A stretch of 64,000 nt of DNA from the human T2T-CHM13v2.0 reference genome, Homo sapiens: NCBI RefSeq assembly GCF_009914755.1, contig NC_060935.1, one strand, 5' to 3'. Both the position numbers and the translations under genes were made by a program. The notes under the pieces were generated by a model. That model saw only the letters and a program-made list of their open reading frames with translations. It did not search any database and was not told the DNA's origin. How positions within the stretch are numbered: the first letter of the stretch is position 1; each line of letters opens with the position of its first letter. Positions 11,761 through 23,837 of this stretch are shown here, in pieces.

Positions 11761-12949
11761 AAGAGAAATGGGTGCTATGTCAAGCACCTGGTGTGAGGTG
11801 GCATCACTGGCATTGGGCTTTCCAGGAGGTCTAGTTGGTCCCCCACTACCTCTCAGCACAGCAGCTGGGGTGACATTTTGAAAACCTGCTCTTCCCACTT
11901 CATGGTTTCTGGCCAGCCCTGGTCCCAGCCCATGTGTGGGACCTGCCATTTAGCTCTCCAATTTGGTAGCTCCGTCTGTCTCACCTTACCCCCAAAGTGT
12001 GATGTTAATGGTGAAATTTCAGATCTTATGAAGGACAGTGGAGGCGATATTTTGGGGGTGGGGATAGCCCTATCTGCAAATCAGCTCCAAAAGGCCACAC
12101 TGTGCAGGGGTTTGGCCCCTCTCCCTGTGCATATGCTGAGCAGCCTCGTGATGACATGCTGAAAAGGAGGAAAGCTTGCATGGCCAGGCTGGCTGGCTTC
12201 AGAGAGGACAGCTCCATCTGTCTGCTCCGGGTTCCTGGCCTCTTTGGCGAGACTGGGACTGGCTCCCTACAGGACACTGTCAAGTATTCTTATTCTGTGT
12301 CTCTGCAGCCGCCTCCCTCCTCCTGCAGGCAGCCTTTTCCAGGCCATTAGCCCAGCTACGGGCCATCTGCCACCCTTGCTGAAGCCCCACAAGTTTGTCT
12401 GGGGGACAGGGCTGGGACAGCATATCTCTAGGAGGCCTGAGCCCACTACACTCCTCAGGCCCTGGGAGACTGAAACAAAGTCCTCGTCAGAGTCCTGGGG
12501 TGTGTGGCTCTGAGAATTACAGATGTCCTCACATACCTGTCAGAGGAGGCTGTGGGTGACACCTAGGTCCCCAGGCACCGCTGCTGAGCTGCTGTTTGAC
12601 CTTGGGCCGGTCTCACCCTGCCTGGGCCTCAGTTTCTCCATTGCAGAAGGATGGGGTCCAGACCAAGGGGGATGAATTCTTACCATGGCAGGTGAATTCA
12701 GTGCCAGACACATCTTGTTATCTACTCATTATATCCACAAAGAAATAGGCCAGCTCCAATTTTTTCCTGAAACAAGAGGCTTCTGGATCTGTTTTTCCCC
12801 ATTCTCACAAAAAATGGTGGCAAAAAACCCACTCAATTATATCTTCAATCTAGAAATGAACAGTGCGGTGCCATGATGGGTGACCTGGGACTCAGGGTGA
12901 CAGTAGAGAAGGGCTCACGGGGGTGGAGGGCATGCCTGCCTGAAGCCCC

Positions 12950-13170
12950 AGACTCTCTCCAACTCCTCCTTTGTGGCCAGGTGGCATTGAGGGCCAGGTC
13001 TGCCAGCCGCTGATATTCAGGAGGGCTAGAAAGCTGGATTTTAATGTAAAATCTTCTTATTGTTCAGTGCTGGCAACTAACGCCAAAAGACTTTAATTAC
13101 TGAATGCCAGCCAAGCGCATCTGCAGGCTCCACTGGTTTGGTCTGTAGGTCAACAGTTGCTGACCTCTGG
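12950..13170. mobile_element. hAT-Charlie DNA transposon remnant (MER102-like)
   Basis: ctggattttaatgtaaaatct...tggcaactaa...ttgctgacctctg resembles my recall of the MER102 consensus. Confidence 0.45.
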
Positions 13171-14089
13171 CCCAAGGGGATGGCCCGTGAGGGCCTGCCC
13201 TTTGCTGTGATGCATGTGGTGAGCTCTCTGGCCAAGCAGGGTCTCTATGATGCTCACTAGGGATGCCAGGTGGTCTCAAGGTATGAAACGTCTTCTGGCA
13301 GCAGCTCAACACAATTTGGAGGAGTTGGGTCTTTACTCAGGGCCCCTGCTGTGGGGCCTGTAGCTGTTGGAGGGGAATCCAGTGCAGACAGATGGGTCTC
13401 TGGGAAGCTCTGGCTGGCTAAGGTCAGCCAGTAGGTGGGATGCCAGGACGCAGTGCAGGTGGAATGACACAGGGCCTCCCTGGACTTTAGAACAGTTTCC
13501 CTCCAGATCCAGCATCTATTTATTCTGCAAACCCTCAGCTCCTGCCTGGGACTGTGCTTACATACAGGTGTCCACATAAGGAAGAAACTGACTTGGCAGT
13601 GTGGCTGCCTGGAGGAGGAGGCAGTGACAGACAAGGAGAAGGGAACGGGAGGATGTCCCAGGAACAGCCTGTACAAGGCACCCCTAAACCCAGCCTGTCA
13701 TTAAGTCCTGTGAATGCACCTATAAATTGTAGGCCTGGATGACTCCCTTTTATTCTTCTGACCATAACCAACATGCCTGAAGGCTCAGTTCATGCCAGCT
13801 TCCTGTAAACCACCTGTGCAGTGAATTCTCTCATTTAACCCTCACACAGCCTATGAGATAGGTACAGATCTGCAAACCCTTGGGGACCCATGTGCTTTGG
13901 AAGTCAAGAATATCCTTTTCATTTTAGAAAGGGTAACATGAGTTCTGTTTCTGGTAATGGTAGGGTAGCTGACATCAGAGCAGTCCTGCTGTTATTAAAT
14001 AACTGTCAACTCTGGGAAGAATCAAAAGCAACCGTTTGAAGATACAGGAGAGCAAATAAAAGAAGGCAGAAGCTGGAAAGGACATGGTC

Positions 14090-14574
14090 TGTATGAATTT
14101 CCTGTTGCTGATGTCACAAATGAACACAAACTCAATGGCTTAAAACAATATGCCTTTATCATCTAACAGTCCTGGAGGTCAGCAGTCTGAAACCAGTCTC
14201 ACCGGGTTAAAACCAGGGTGTCCATGGGGCTGCACTCCCTCTGGAAGCTCTAGGGGAGAGTCTCTTCTTTGCTTTTTCCAGCTTCTAGAGGCTGCCTGCC
14301 TTCCTTGGCTCATAACCCTGTCCTCACATCACTCCAGTCTCTTTCTTCCATCATCACATCTCCTCCTACTCACCCTGATCTTCTGCCTCCCTCTTACAAG
14401 GACGCTTGAGGTTACCCTGGGCCCACCCAGATAATCTAAAATCATCTATCCATCTCAAGAGCCTTAATTTAATCATATCTACAAAGTCCCTTTTGTCATA
14501 GAAGTTCACATTCACAGGTTACATGGGTTAGGACATGCATATGTTTTAAGGGGGCTTTGTTTTTAGCCTACCAC
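14090..14574 (-). mobile_element. MLT1C/D (MaLR) solo LTR
   Basis: Full-length match pattern: cacaaactcaatggcttaaaacaa...ctggaggtcag...tctaggggagag...ggcccacccagataatc...tagcctaccac. Confidence 0.85.
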
Positions 14575-14752
14575 GAGCATATATGTTTATAGTTGTGGTA
14601 TCTCTTGATGGACTGACCCTTTTATGATGGTATAATGTCCTTGTTTGTCTCTAGTAACAATTTTTTTAAATTAAATTTATTTAGTCTGATATTATTATAA
14701 CCATTTTAGCTCTCTTTTGGTTGTTGTTTACATGGAATATCATTTTATATCT

Positions 14753-15313
<561 letters not shown>

Positions 15314-15494
15314 TCATTTTATATCTTTTTACATTTAACTTATTTGTGCCTTTCAATCTAAAATGTGTCTCTTGTAGGCAGCATATTGTTGCATCATGAA
15401 AAAATGCCTATTCTGGTAATCTGTGCTCTCATATGGAGTGTTTCTATATTACAAGTGGGTGAACATCTTGGTAGGGAGCATTATGCAGCCTACA

Positions 15495-17940
15495 AGAAAA
15501 GATTTAAAAAAATTATCTAAGCTGCTTAACTCAAAAAGCTAGAAAAAAAGAACAAATTTAACTTTCATGATTTAGACAGAAAGATGTAATAAATACAGAT
15601 AAACAGAAATTAAATAGAAAACAGATGAACACTATAGGAAAAATCAATAAAAGTTGGTTCTATGAAAAGATTACTAAAATTGATAAAGCCCTAATGAGAA
15701 TTTTCAGGAGAAAATGCAAAGTACCCATAGTAAAAATAAAAAAGAGATATGTGAATTTGATAGACAATAAAAGATTAATAAGGGGATATGGTATACAAGT
15801 TTATGCTAACAAATTCAAACTCAGATAAAATGAAGTGGACAAATTCCTTGAAAAAGAAAACTGACACAAGAAGAAAAAGAGAATCTGAATAGCCCTATAT
15901 TTGTTAAAGAAATTGAAATTGTGTTTTAGAACCTGTTCACAAAAACCCAATTGGCTTCATTGGTGAAATAATATTGGTTTTATCCAAACTCTTACACAGA
16001 GTTGAGCAAGAGGAAATAATTGATGCCCAAACCTGAAAAGGACATCACTAGAAAATAAATGAGACACCAACCTCTCTCATGAACACAAATGCAAATACCC
16101 ATTTCAAAATATTCATAAATCAAATCCACCAATATATAAAAAGGATAATATGTCATGGCCAAGTGGGGATTGTCAGGCCTCTGAGCCCAAGCTAAGCTAT
16201 CATATCCCCTGTGACCTGCACGTATACATCCAGATGGCCTGAAGCAACTGAAGATCCACAAAAGAAGTGAAAATAGCCAGTTCCTGCCTCAATTGATGAC
16301 ATTCCACCATGGTGATTTGTTCCTACCCCACCCCAACTAATCAAACGACCTTGTGACATTCCTCCCCTGGACAACGAGTCTCATGATCTCCCCACCGAGC
16401 ACCTTGTGACCCCTGCCCCTGCCCGCAAGAGAAAACCCTCTTTAACTGTAATTTTCCACTACCTACTCAAATCCTATAAAACTGCCCCACTCCTATCTCC
16501 CTTTGCTGACTCCTTTTTCAGACTCAGTCCACCTGCACCCAGGTGATTGAAAAGCTTTATTGCTCACACAAAGCCTGTTTGGTGGTCTCTTCACATGGAC
16601 ATGCGTGACAGGGACTATCCAAGGAATACAAAGTTAACATTTGAAAATAAATCAGTGCAATTCCTCCCATTAACAGACTAACAAAGACAAACTGTATGGT
16701 CGCATTAATAAATGAAGGAACAAAAAGTTGATGGAATTCAATACCTATGTGTGATTAAAGGAAGTCAGAAAATTGGGAATAGATGGGAATCATATCACTA
16801 TGATGAGGCGCACATACAAAAAGCCTGCAGCTAACATGTTTAATGGCAAAACATTGAGCACTTTCCTGAAAGGTTGGGAATGAGGTGAGGATGTCCACTT
16901 TTACTATTTCTATTAACATTGTATGGGAGGTCTTAATGAGTGATATAAAACAAAGAACAAAAAGTGCAAAGACCAGAAAGGAATTAGTAAAATTATTTCT
17001 AATTATTATTATTTATAATAACTATTAATCATGTGTTAATTATAATTATTAAAATTTTCCTAATTCTTATATTTATCACTATTAATCATGCATCATTTTA
17101 ATTATTATTCACAATAATTATTCATTATTCATTATTTACAATAATAATGTCATGCAAATGATTTGATTGTATACGTAGAAACTCCTAAGCAGTTTTCAAA
17201 AAGACTATTAGAATAAGTGAATTCAGCAAGTTCACAGGATAGCTGTTAGATAAATATAAAAAAATCAAAGTCAATATACAAAAATAATACAAACTATCAA
17301 TATACAAACAATATACAAACTATCAATGAATATTGGAAAAAGCAAATAAAAGATTATTTTTACATAGCATTGAGAAACCTTAAATAACTAGCAATACATT
17401 TTACCTGAAATGTATAACACACCTACAGTGAAAACTACAGAGACAGAAATGAAAGAAGACCACAATAAACAGAGAAAAACCATGTTCATAAATTGGTAAA
17501 CTCAATGTTGCCAAGACGTCCGTTCTCCATAAGTTGATCCAGAGTAACTGAATAGAGTCAATGCTATCCCAGTCAAAATCAGTAGACATTTGCACAAACT
17601 GTCAAGCTGATTCTGAAATTTATATAGAAATGTAAATCTTGAAGAAGAAATATAAAAGTGTAGGAGTAACACCACTTGATTTCATAACTTAATGTAAAAC
17701 TGCAGTAATGAAGACAGTGCGGTGTTGATAGAAGGACAGTGAAATAGAGCAGTCAACAGAATAGAGTCCAGAAGTCGACCCACCCTATACAATCAGTTGA
17801 TTTACAATACAGATGCCAATGCAATCCAATGGGAAAAGGGGTTTTACCAGAACAACTGGATATGCATGGGAAAGAAACAGACAAAATGAACTTTGATCAT
17901 CATCTCTCACCACCTACATTTAATCTGAGATGAACACAGG
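15495..17940 (+). mobile_element. Old L1M ORF2 remnant, split by LTR7
   Basis: A-rich sequence with decayed ORF2 peptides (KINKSWFYEKITKIDKAL) and landmarks such as aattcagcaagttcacagga and aatagagtccagaa. Confidence 0.8.
16171..16610 (+). mobile_element. HERV-H solo LTR (LTR7 family, LTR7B/C-like)
   Basis: TGTCAGGCCTCTGAGCCCAAG...GGTGGTCTCTTCACATGGACATGCGTGACA with TG...CA ends, a 5-bp TSD gggat/gggac and a TATA box (cctataaaa) at about 16472. Confidence 0.93.
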
Positions 17941-18030
17941 AAATGCAAACCTGGGAGTTTACCCATTGGCCCCTGGGTGTCTTTTTTCCATGCTTGATAC
18001 ATCCCTATTCCCATCCCAGGGTCAGCTGCC

Positions 18031-18170
18031 AACAGCCCCCTCTCAGGATCAACAGCCCCCTCCCAGGATCCACAGCCCCCTCTCAGGATCGACAGCCCCC
18101 TCTCAGGATCAACAGCCCCCTCCCAGGGTCCACAGCCCCATCTCAGGATCCACAGCCCCCTCTCAGGATC
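18031..18170. repeat. 20-bp minisatellite (CACAGCCCCCTCTCAGGATC) x7
   Basis: Seven in-phase units. Confidence 0.95.
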
Positions 18171-19049
18171 CTGATCTTTCTGTTCTTCTTGGCAGGTGCC
18201 TGTGTTTTATTTTCCTACCCTTCCCCTCTGTGAAGGCTCCTGACTTCTTCCTTTCCTGATCGGACCTTGTTCCACTGCAAATTCTACGCTACGTCTCCCC
18301 CCAGACCTCAGATCCTCTCCTGCAGCCTTCCTGCCATTGTCCTCTTTGGAGGCTGCACCAGCTCTTCCCTCTTCCCTGCATTGCTGCTGCTGCAGCAGCT
18401 TCCTGTGTGTCCCCTGCTCAGCCTGGACCCCCACCCCCGCTGACCCCCTCTCAGTTGTTAGTTTTATTTCTTTCATATACGTCTGATATTATCCCTCTCC
18501 TGCTTACAATCCATTTGCAATCCCCCACAGAGCAACCGAGGAAAAGCCACGCCCCTCGTCACAGCCCTTTAAAGCCACGCCCCTCGTCACAGCCCTTTCT
18601 CATCTCCCCTCGGTGTCTTTGGCCACCTCAGCTTCCTTACCGGGCTCTAGCATCGGGGTTCCTTCTTCTTCATGGTGCCCGGGTTGCGCCTCCGTACCTT
18701 ACCCTGCCTTGGCTCCGTTTCCCTGGGAGGGTCTGCCTTCCCTTCAAGGTTCTTAGATTGACCTGACTGTGCTAGAGACGGTCACTCTTTCTTCTGCACC
18801 CACACTGCCCTTGGAAGTCGCAGACAACACACTTCCAGGAAGCCTCCCCTGCGTTCCGAGTGGGGACATGTGACCCTCCTGCTCCTCTAACATTAGGACC
18901 ACGGGATGATTTGACGTCCAACTGGGCCCTCGCCAATAAAGGGGACACTAAGGCCACTGGGCCACAGCCATGAACTGGGAGTGCTGAGGGCAAGCTGGGA
19001 CAAATGGCGGCTCCCCAGCGTTTCTGTACACCACGTGCACCCTCAGCAC

Positions 19050-19195
19050 ACTGTCTTTGAATTGTGTTTATGTCTGTGTCTTCTCCAGACGTCAAGCTCT
19101 CTGGGGACAGGGGTCATAGCATGGTGGGTCCACATCTTGAGCCCTAGGCCCAGTGCCCAGCATGGAGCTAACTTAGTGATGTTTGTGAACCCAAA
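19050..19195. mobile_element. L2 3' end remnant
   Basis: tgtctgtgtcttctccagac..aagctctctggggacaggg...cccagtgcccagcat. Confidence 0.55.
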
Positions 19196-19402
19196 GGGGA
19201 GGGAGAGGGCCTGGAGTACTGGACTCTGCTGTGAGAAAACCTGGGCCCCTCTTCTGATGATCTGCTCAGCTTTCAGGTCAGTGGTCAGGACAAGAGTGGA
19301 GAGGAAGCTTCCATAATCCAGGACCAGCCTGGTCTGATTCCAGTTAGCTGCACTCTGTCTTCGCCACATCATTTATTCATTTGACCACATCTCTTTCAAT
19401 GG

Positions 19403-19795
19403 TCCATCCATCCATCCATCCATCCATCCATCCATCCATCCACCCACCCACCCATCCACCCACCCACCCATCCATCCATCCATCCACCCACCCACCCACC
19501 CACCCATCCACCCATCCACCCATCCATCCACCCACCCACCCACCCACCCACCCACCCACCCATCCATCCATCCACCCACCCACCCACCCACCCACCCACC
19601 CATCCATCCATCCATCCATCCATCCATCCACCCATCCACCCACCCATCCATCCACCCACCCACCCACCCATCCATCCATCCATCCATCCATCCATCCATC
19701 CATCCATCCATCCACTTATCCATCCATCCATCCATCCATCCATCCATCCATCCATCCATCCATCCACTTAGCCATCCATCCACTTGTCCATCCAT
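19403..19795. repeat. (CCAT/CCAC)n tetranucleotide repeat
   Basis: Seen directly. Confidence 0.97.
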
Positions 19796-20873
19796 TTGAC
19801 AACAACTCATCAAGCCGCTTTACCTGCCAGTCCCAGGGAGACAGCAGCAAGTCAGCTGCTGGCTCTGTGCCCTCATGGAGCTCATCTTCTAGGGAGACAC
19901 AGACACTAAAGAGGCAAACACAGGAGCGAATAAGCAGGGATGGGAAGCACATGACACATTGGACTGTGCTGGCTAGGGGTGGGGGCTGCTTGGGCACAGT
20001 GGTCACCGTGGGTGCTGACAGGGCAGGTGCACACTAGAGGAGCTGAGAATTCAGCTTCTGCTGCCAGGAAGCCCTGGGCATCACAGAGCAGGACAGACAG
20101 TCACAAGGACAGGCCCCTGAAGGTTGGGCAAGACAGTGATAGGGGCAGGGACAGCAGAAGGCAGCGAGGTGGGTGTGCCAAGGTCAGGGCGGGCGGGACA
20201 CACCTGGAGGTCTGCAGAGGTGGGCCAGGTGATTCATTTGGCCTTGAAGGTTTGGGCGGGCCGCCCTCTGTGGAGACCTGGATCCCTGCCATCCGGGCAA
20301 GGAGTCCTTGCCCTGATGTCTCTCACAGACCTGGGCTCAGAGCAGTCAGGTGACACGCTGGAGGTCACTCAGCCCGAGAAGAGCGGGCAGGACCGGAGCG
20401 AAGCTCCATCTGGGCTGTAGTCCAGCTTTTGCGGCTGCCTGGACCCAGACCAGCCCAGGGCAACCTTGTCCTTCCATGTGGCTGTAGCTTCTCCAGGTAC
20501 AGAATTCGACCTGGTTGTCTTTGGGCTCAGCAGTGGGTGCCGGGGCAGAAGCCCCTCGCTCTCCATCTGTCTAGACTGGGCTGTTTGTCATGCGCCCCAG
20601 ACACCATCAGCAGCCAGCCGCCTTCCTGTCCTGCTGCACACAGATGGATGGCCCCATAGGGGGCCCTGCAGCTATTTCCTGGGCTGGGAGGATGGGACAG
20701 ATCCTGTAGGTTTCACCTCTGAAACTGTCCCCACCCTTATCCCATTTCCAGGTCTTTCAGGAAGGAGGCCACACAGCTCCTGGGGTCTTGTGTGAAGTGT
20801 CACAAGAATGAACAACCCTTCCCACCCTGCCCTCAAAGCCTAAGCCTCCCCCTGCCACCAGGGCTCAGGCTTT

Positions 20874-21232
20874 CCCGTCCCCCTGAGGCCCCCAGATGGC
20901 CTTTAGACCAACAGTGCTCACACTCCCGTCCCTCTGAGCCCCCCAGATGGCCTTTAGACCAACAGTGCCCACACTCCCATCCTCCTGAGCCCCCCAGATG
21001 GCCTTCAGACCAACAGTGCCCACACTCCCATCCTCCTGAGCCCCCCAGATGGCCTTCAGACCAACAGTGCCCACACTCCCATCCTCCTGAGCCCCCCAGA
21101 TGGCCTTCAGACCAACAGTGCCCACACTCCCATCCTCCTGAGCCCCCCAGATGGCCTTCAGACCAACAGTGCCCACACTCCCATCCTCCTGAGTCCCCCA
21201 GATGGCCTTCAGACCAACAGTGCCCACACTCC
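20874..21232. repeat. 51-bp minisatellite (CCATCCTCCTGAGCCCCCCAGATGGCCTTCAGACCAACAGTGCCCACACTC) x7
   Basis: Seven units, giving a 17-aa periodicity in the ORF track. Confidence 0.95.
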
Positions 21233-21749
21233 CTGCTGAGCTTCCAGTCCTGAGAGCACGGTCTAGGGAGAACTGGCAGCGGGCAGGCGGGCGCGGGACT
21301 TGGCGTGGCCAGAACACATTCATCCCGGGGAAGGAAGAAAAACCAGCAAAGGTGCGTGCCTCTGGGTTGGGGGACTACATGTAAGCTTTTCTTCTTTCCA
21401 GTTGTTAACCTTCTTCAAAGTTTCCATAAACGAGCAACGTTTTACTTTTCTAGTGGAAAAAGAACAACTTTATGCAAAGGCAGCTGCAGAATGTCCCACC
21501 CGGCACCAAGAGCACCCATTGAATGTCTTCATTTGGGCAAAAAAGAAAATTTCTGCAGGTCTTTATTTAAAAAAATACATAACTGGAGTGCTTTTCATCA
21601 AAAATGTCCCCATTTGGGTGGAAAAAAATTTTGGCGATTTCTCTTTTTAGTATTTTCCGTAGGGCTTGAATGTTTTAAAAATGACCAGAAAGTATTTTAT
21701 TTCATGGTCAGAAAACACATCAAATGGTTTGCACTTTGGAAACTTGGAT

Positions 21750-21831
21750 CCCCTTCCTTCCTTCCTTCCTTCCTCGCTTCCTTCCTCCCTCCCTCCTCCC
21801 CTCCCCTCCCCTTCTCTCTTCTCTTCTCTTC

Positions 21832-21863
<32 letters not shown>

Positions 21864-21915
21864 GCTTTCTTGCTTTCTTGCTTTCTTTCTTTCTTTTTCC
21901 TTCCTTTCTTCCTTC

Positions 21916-21978
<63 letters not shown>

Positions 21979-22075
21979 TTTCCTTCCTTCCTTCTTTCCT
22001 TCTTTTCTTTTCTCTCTCTCTCTTTCTCTCTCTCTCTGTCTCTCTCTCTCTCTCTGTCTCTCTCTCTCTCTCTCC
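21750..22075. repeat. Compound (CCTT)/(CTTT)/(CT) microsatellite
   Basis: Seen directly. Confidence 0.95.
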
Positions 22076-22565
22076 AAAGCAAACACTTGGGGCAAAAGCT
22101 CCAGATGATCCAGGGCTGAGGAGGGAGGGTGAGAGCAGAGGTGGGAGACGGGAGCAACCCGCAGAGAGCGGATGGCCCTGGGGACGCAGGAGAGGCCGGG
22201 TGGGGACCAGTGTGGGAGGGGATGGGAGGGGACCGAGGGGATGGAGGCTCCTGCATCCGCCGGCCCACGGGGCTGGGTCTGTTCTGTGCAGAAGCAGCAC
22301 CACCTGGTGGCCTCTGCTGGTGACATCAGGCACCTGCCAGTCCTGGGCCTCAGAGAGGGGGACAGAGCCCTGGGTGTGGTCCCCGCGGGGTGGGCAGGAC
22401 AATGATGGCTGAGCAGGGCGGGGAGTAAGGAGTAGTTCCACCTCAACTCTGTAGGGGGCGAATCAGAGCCTCAGCCAGCAGGTGGCATGGACGGCGCCCA
22501 CCTAGCCCAGGAGTCCGGAAGCCTGGGTTCCAATCCGGCCACTGTGGGCTGGTGGCTGGCTCTGT

Positions 22566-22571
22566 TTTATT
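22566..22571 (-). terminator. MRGPRG: Candidate MRGPRG poly(A) signal AATAAA
   Basis: This is the first minus-strand AATAAA (plus tttatt), about 345 nt after the stop codon. Confidence 0.5.
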
Positions 22572-22915
22572 GTGCAGTTTTCTCCCCTGTGACTCAGGTG
22601 CAGCAGGGTGGGGAGGGGCCGGGTAAGGGGATCTGGGCTGGGCCTGGGGGCGTGGTGCCTGTCCTCACCCCTATTCAGGAGGCTTCTCCTTTCTCTCTCC
22701 TTGCCTGACCTCTCTCCAGCTCCATTTTCTGCCTCCCTCATCCTCAGCAGGCCTGGCTGGGGGGTGGTCAGGGCCAAGTCTCTCCAGCTGTGTCCAGCCC
22801 TTGGGTGCTCAGGGTAAGAGCTCCTCCTGGTCCTGAAAGCATCTGGGTGTGGGGTGAGCGAGGGTCGGTGGGGGTGGGCACCTCCTGGCAGGCCCTGTGG
22901 GCGGGGCAAGCCCAC

Positions 22916-23785
22916 TTATAGGAGACCCATGGGCAGGGACTGTCCCCTGGCACCCAGCTCGGCGCCCTCCCCCAGGGCCCTCCGCAGTACCGACCTCAGC
23001 GGCTCCCGCTTCCCGGGCTGTCGGCCCAACCCCGAGTAGATGAGGGGCTTGGAGCTGCTGTTGACGCAGGCCAGCAGCGTGGCCAGCGGGGAAAACACGG
23101 GCAGCAGGAAGTTCAGCAGGGGCTGCAGGCTCCAGTAGAAGACCGAGGGCAGGCCACAGAAGAAGAGCAGGAGCAGCGCGCCCAGGACGATGCCGTAGAG
23201 CCTGGGCCGCGGGCGAGTGGAGCAGCAGGTCACCCAGACAAAGAGGACCACGCCAGCCGTCCAGGCGACGCGGGCCAGCACCAGGAACCAGGTGACGCTG
23301 GCCACGTGGTAGCGCGGGCAGACCAGGGGGCACGCGCTGTTGCGCAGCAGGCCGCAGGCGTTGGCGGGCAGCGGCACGGCCGGCAGGGTCGGGGTCCACA
23401 CCAGGGCGCAGAGGACGGCCGAGGCGTGTCTGGGCCGGCAGCCCTGGTAGCAGGCGGGGAAGAGGTCGGAGAGGCAGCGCTCCACGCTGAAGGCCGCCAG
23501 CAGCCAGAGCCCCACCGCGAACCACAGGAAGGTGAGCACGAAGTAGAGTGTGTCCTGGGCGCCCAGGGCAGCCTGAGCCACGGAGAAGCCCACACGGCAG
23601 GAGAGGAACAGGAAGTCGGCGGCGGCCAGGTGCAGCAGGTAGATGGAGAAGGGGCCCTTCTTGATGCGGAAGCCGAGGTTCCAGAGCACCAGCCCGTTAC
23701 CTACCGGTCCCCCGAGGCCCACGATCAGCGTCAGGTAGAAGACCACACTGTCGAAGGTTCTCCAGAGGCCGAACAGCCCAAACAT
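22916..23785 (-). CDS. MRGPRG: Mas-related G protein-coupled receptor member G, 289 aa, single coding exon
   Basis: The ORF from ATG at 23785 (gccaggATGt, MFGLFGLWRTF...) to TAA at 22916 is 870 nt. It has seven hydrophobic segments and MRGPR motifs: GNGLVLW, SIYLLHLAAADF, SVERC, CGLP, KPLIY and LRRAL. The longer 352-aa ORF-track call runs through a splice acceptor. Confidence 0.97.
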   Translation of the reverse strand: MFGLFGLWRTFDSVVFYLTLIVGLGGPVGNGLVLWNLGFRIKKGPFSIYLLHLAAADFLFLSCRVGFSVAQAALGAQDTLYFVLTFLWFAVGLWLLAAFSVERCLSDLFPACYQGCRPRHASAVLCALVWTPTLPAVPLPANACGLLRNSACPLVCPRYHVASVTWFLVLARVAWTAGVVLFVWVTCCSTRPRPRLYGIVLGALLLLFFCGLPSVFYWSLQPLLNFLLPVFSPLATLLACVNSSSKPLIYSGLGRQPGKREPLRSVLRRALGEGAELGARGQSLPMGLL

Positions 23786-23790
23786 CCTGG
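22950..23790. promoter_or_regulatory. CpG island over the MRGPRG CDS
   Basis: GC content is very high and CpG dinucleotides are dense relative to the flanks. Confidence 0.7.
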
Positions 23791-23817
23791 CCGGCTCAGA
23801 GGGTGCTGGCGAGGGAC

Positions 23818-23837
23818 CTGCAAGATGGAGACAGACA
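23818..23837 (-). promoter_or_regulatory. MRGPRG: Splice acceptor of the MRGPRG coding exon (exon begins 23817)
   Basis: The minus strand reads tgtctgtctccatcttgCAG|GTCCCTC, a pyrimidine tract plus CAG/G located 32 nt upstream of the ATG. This layout is typical of MRGPR genes. Confidence 0.7.

Noticed and set aside
10979-11949. Gly/Asp-, Met/Val- and Ser/Pro-rich long ORFs
   Set aside because: They are artefacts of the GAT/GGT trinucleotide repeat.
16985-17150. AT-rich quasi-palindromic tract
   Set aside because: It is a low-complexity expansion inside an old L1 with no long perfect arm.
19373-22446. ORFs with WMDG, HPS, KERK or FLSF repeats and a 17-aa repeat
   Set aside because: They are microsatellite and minisatellite translations.
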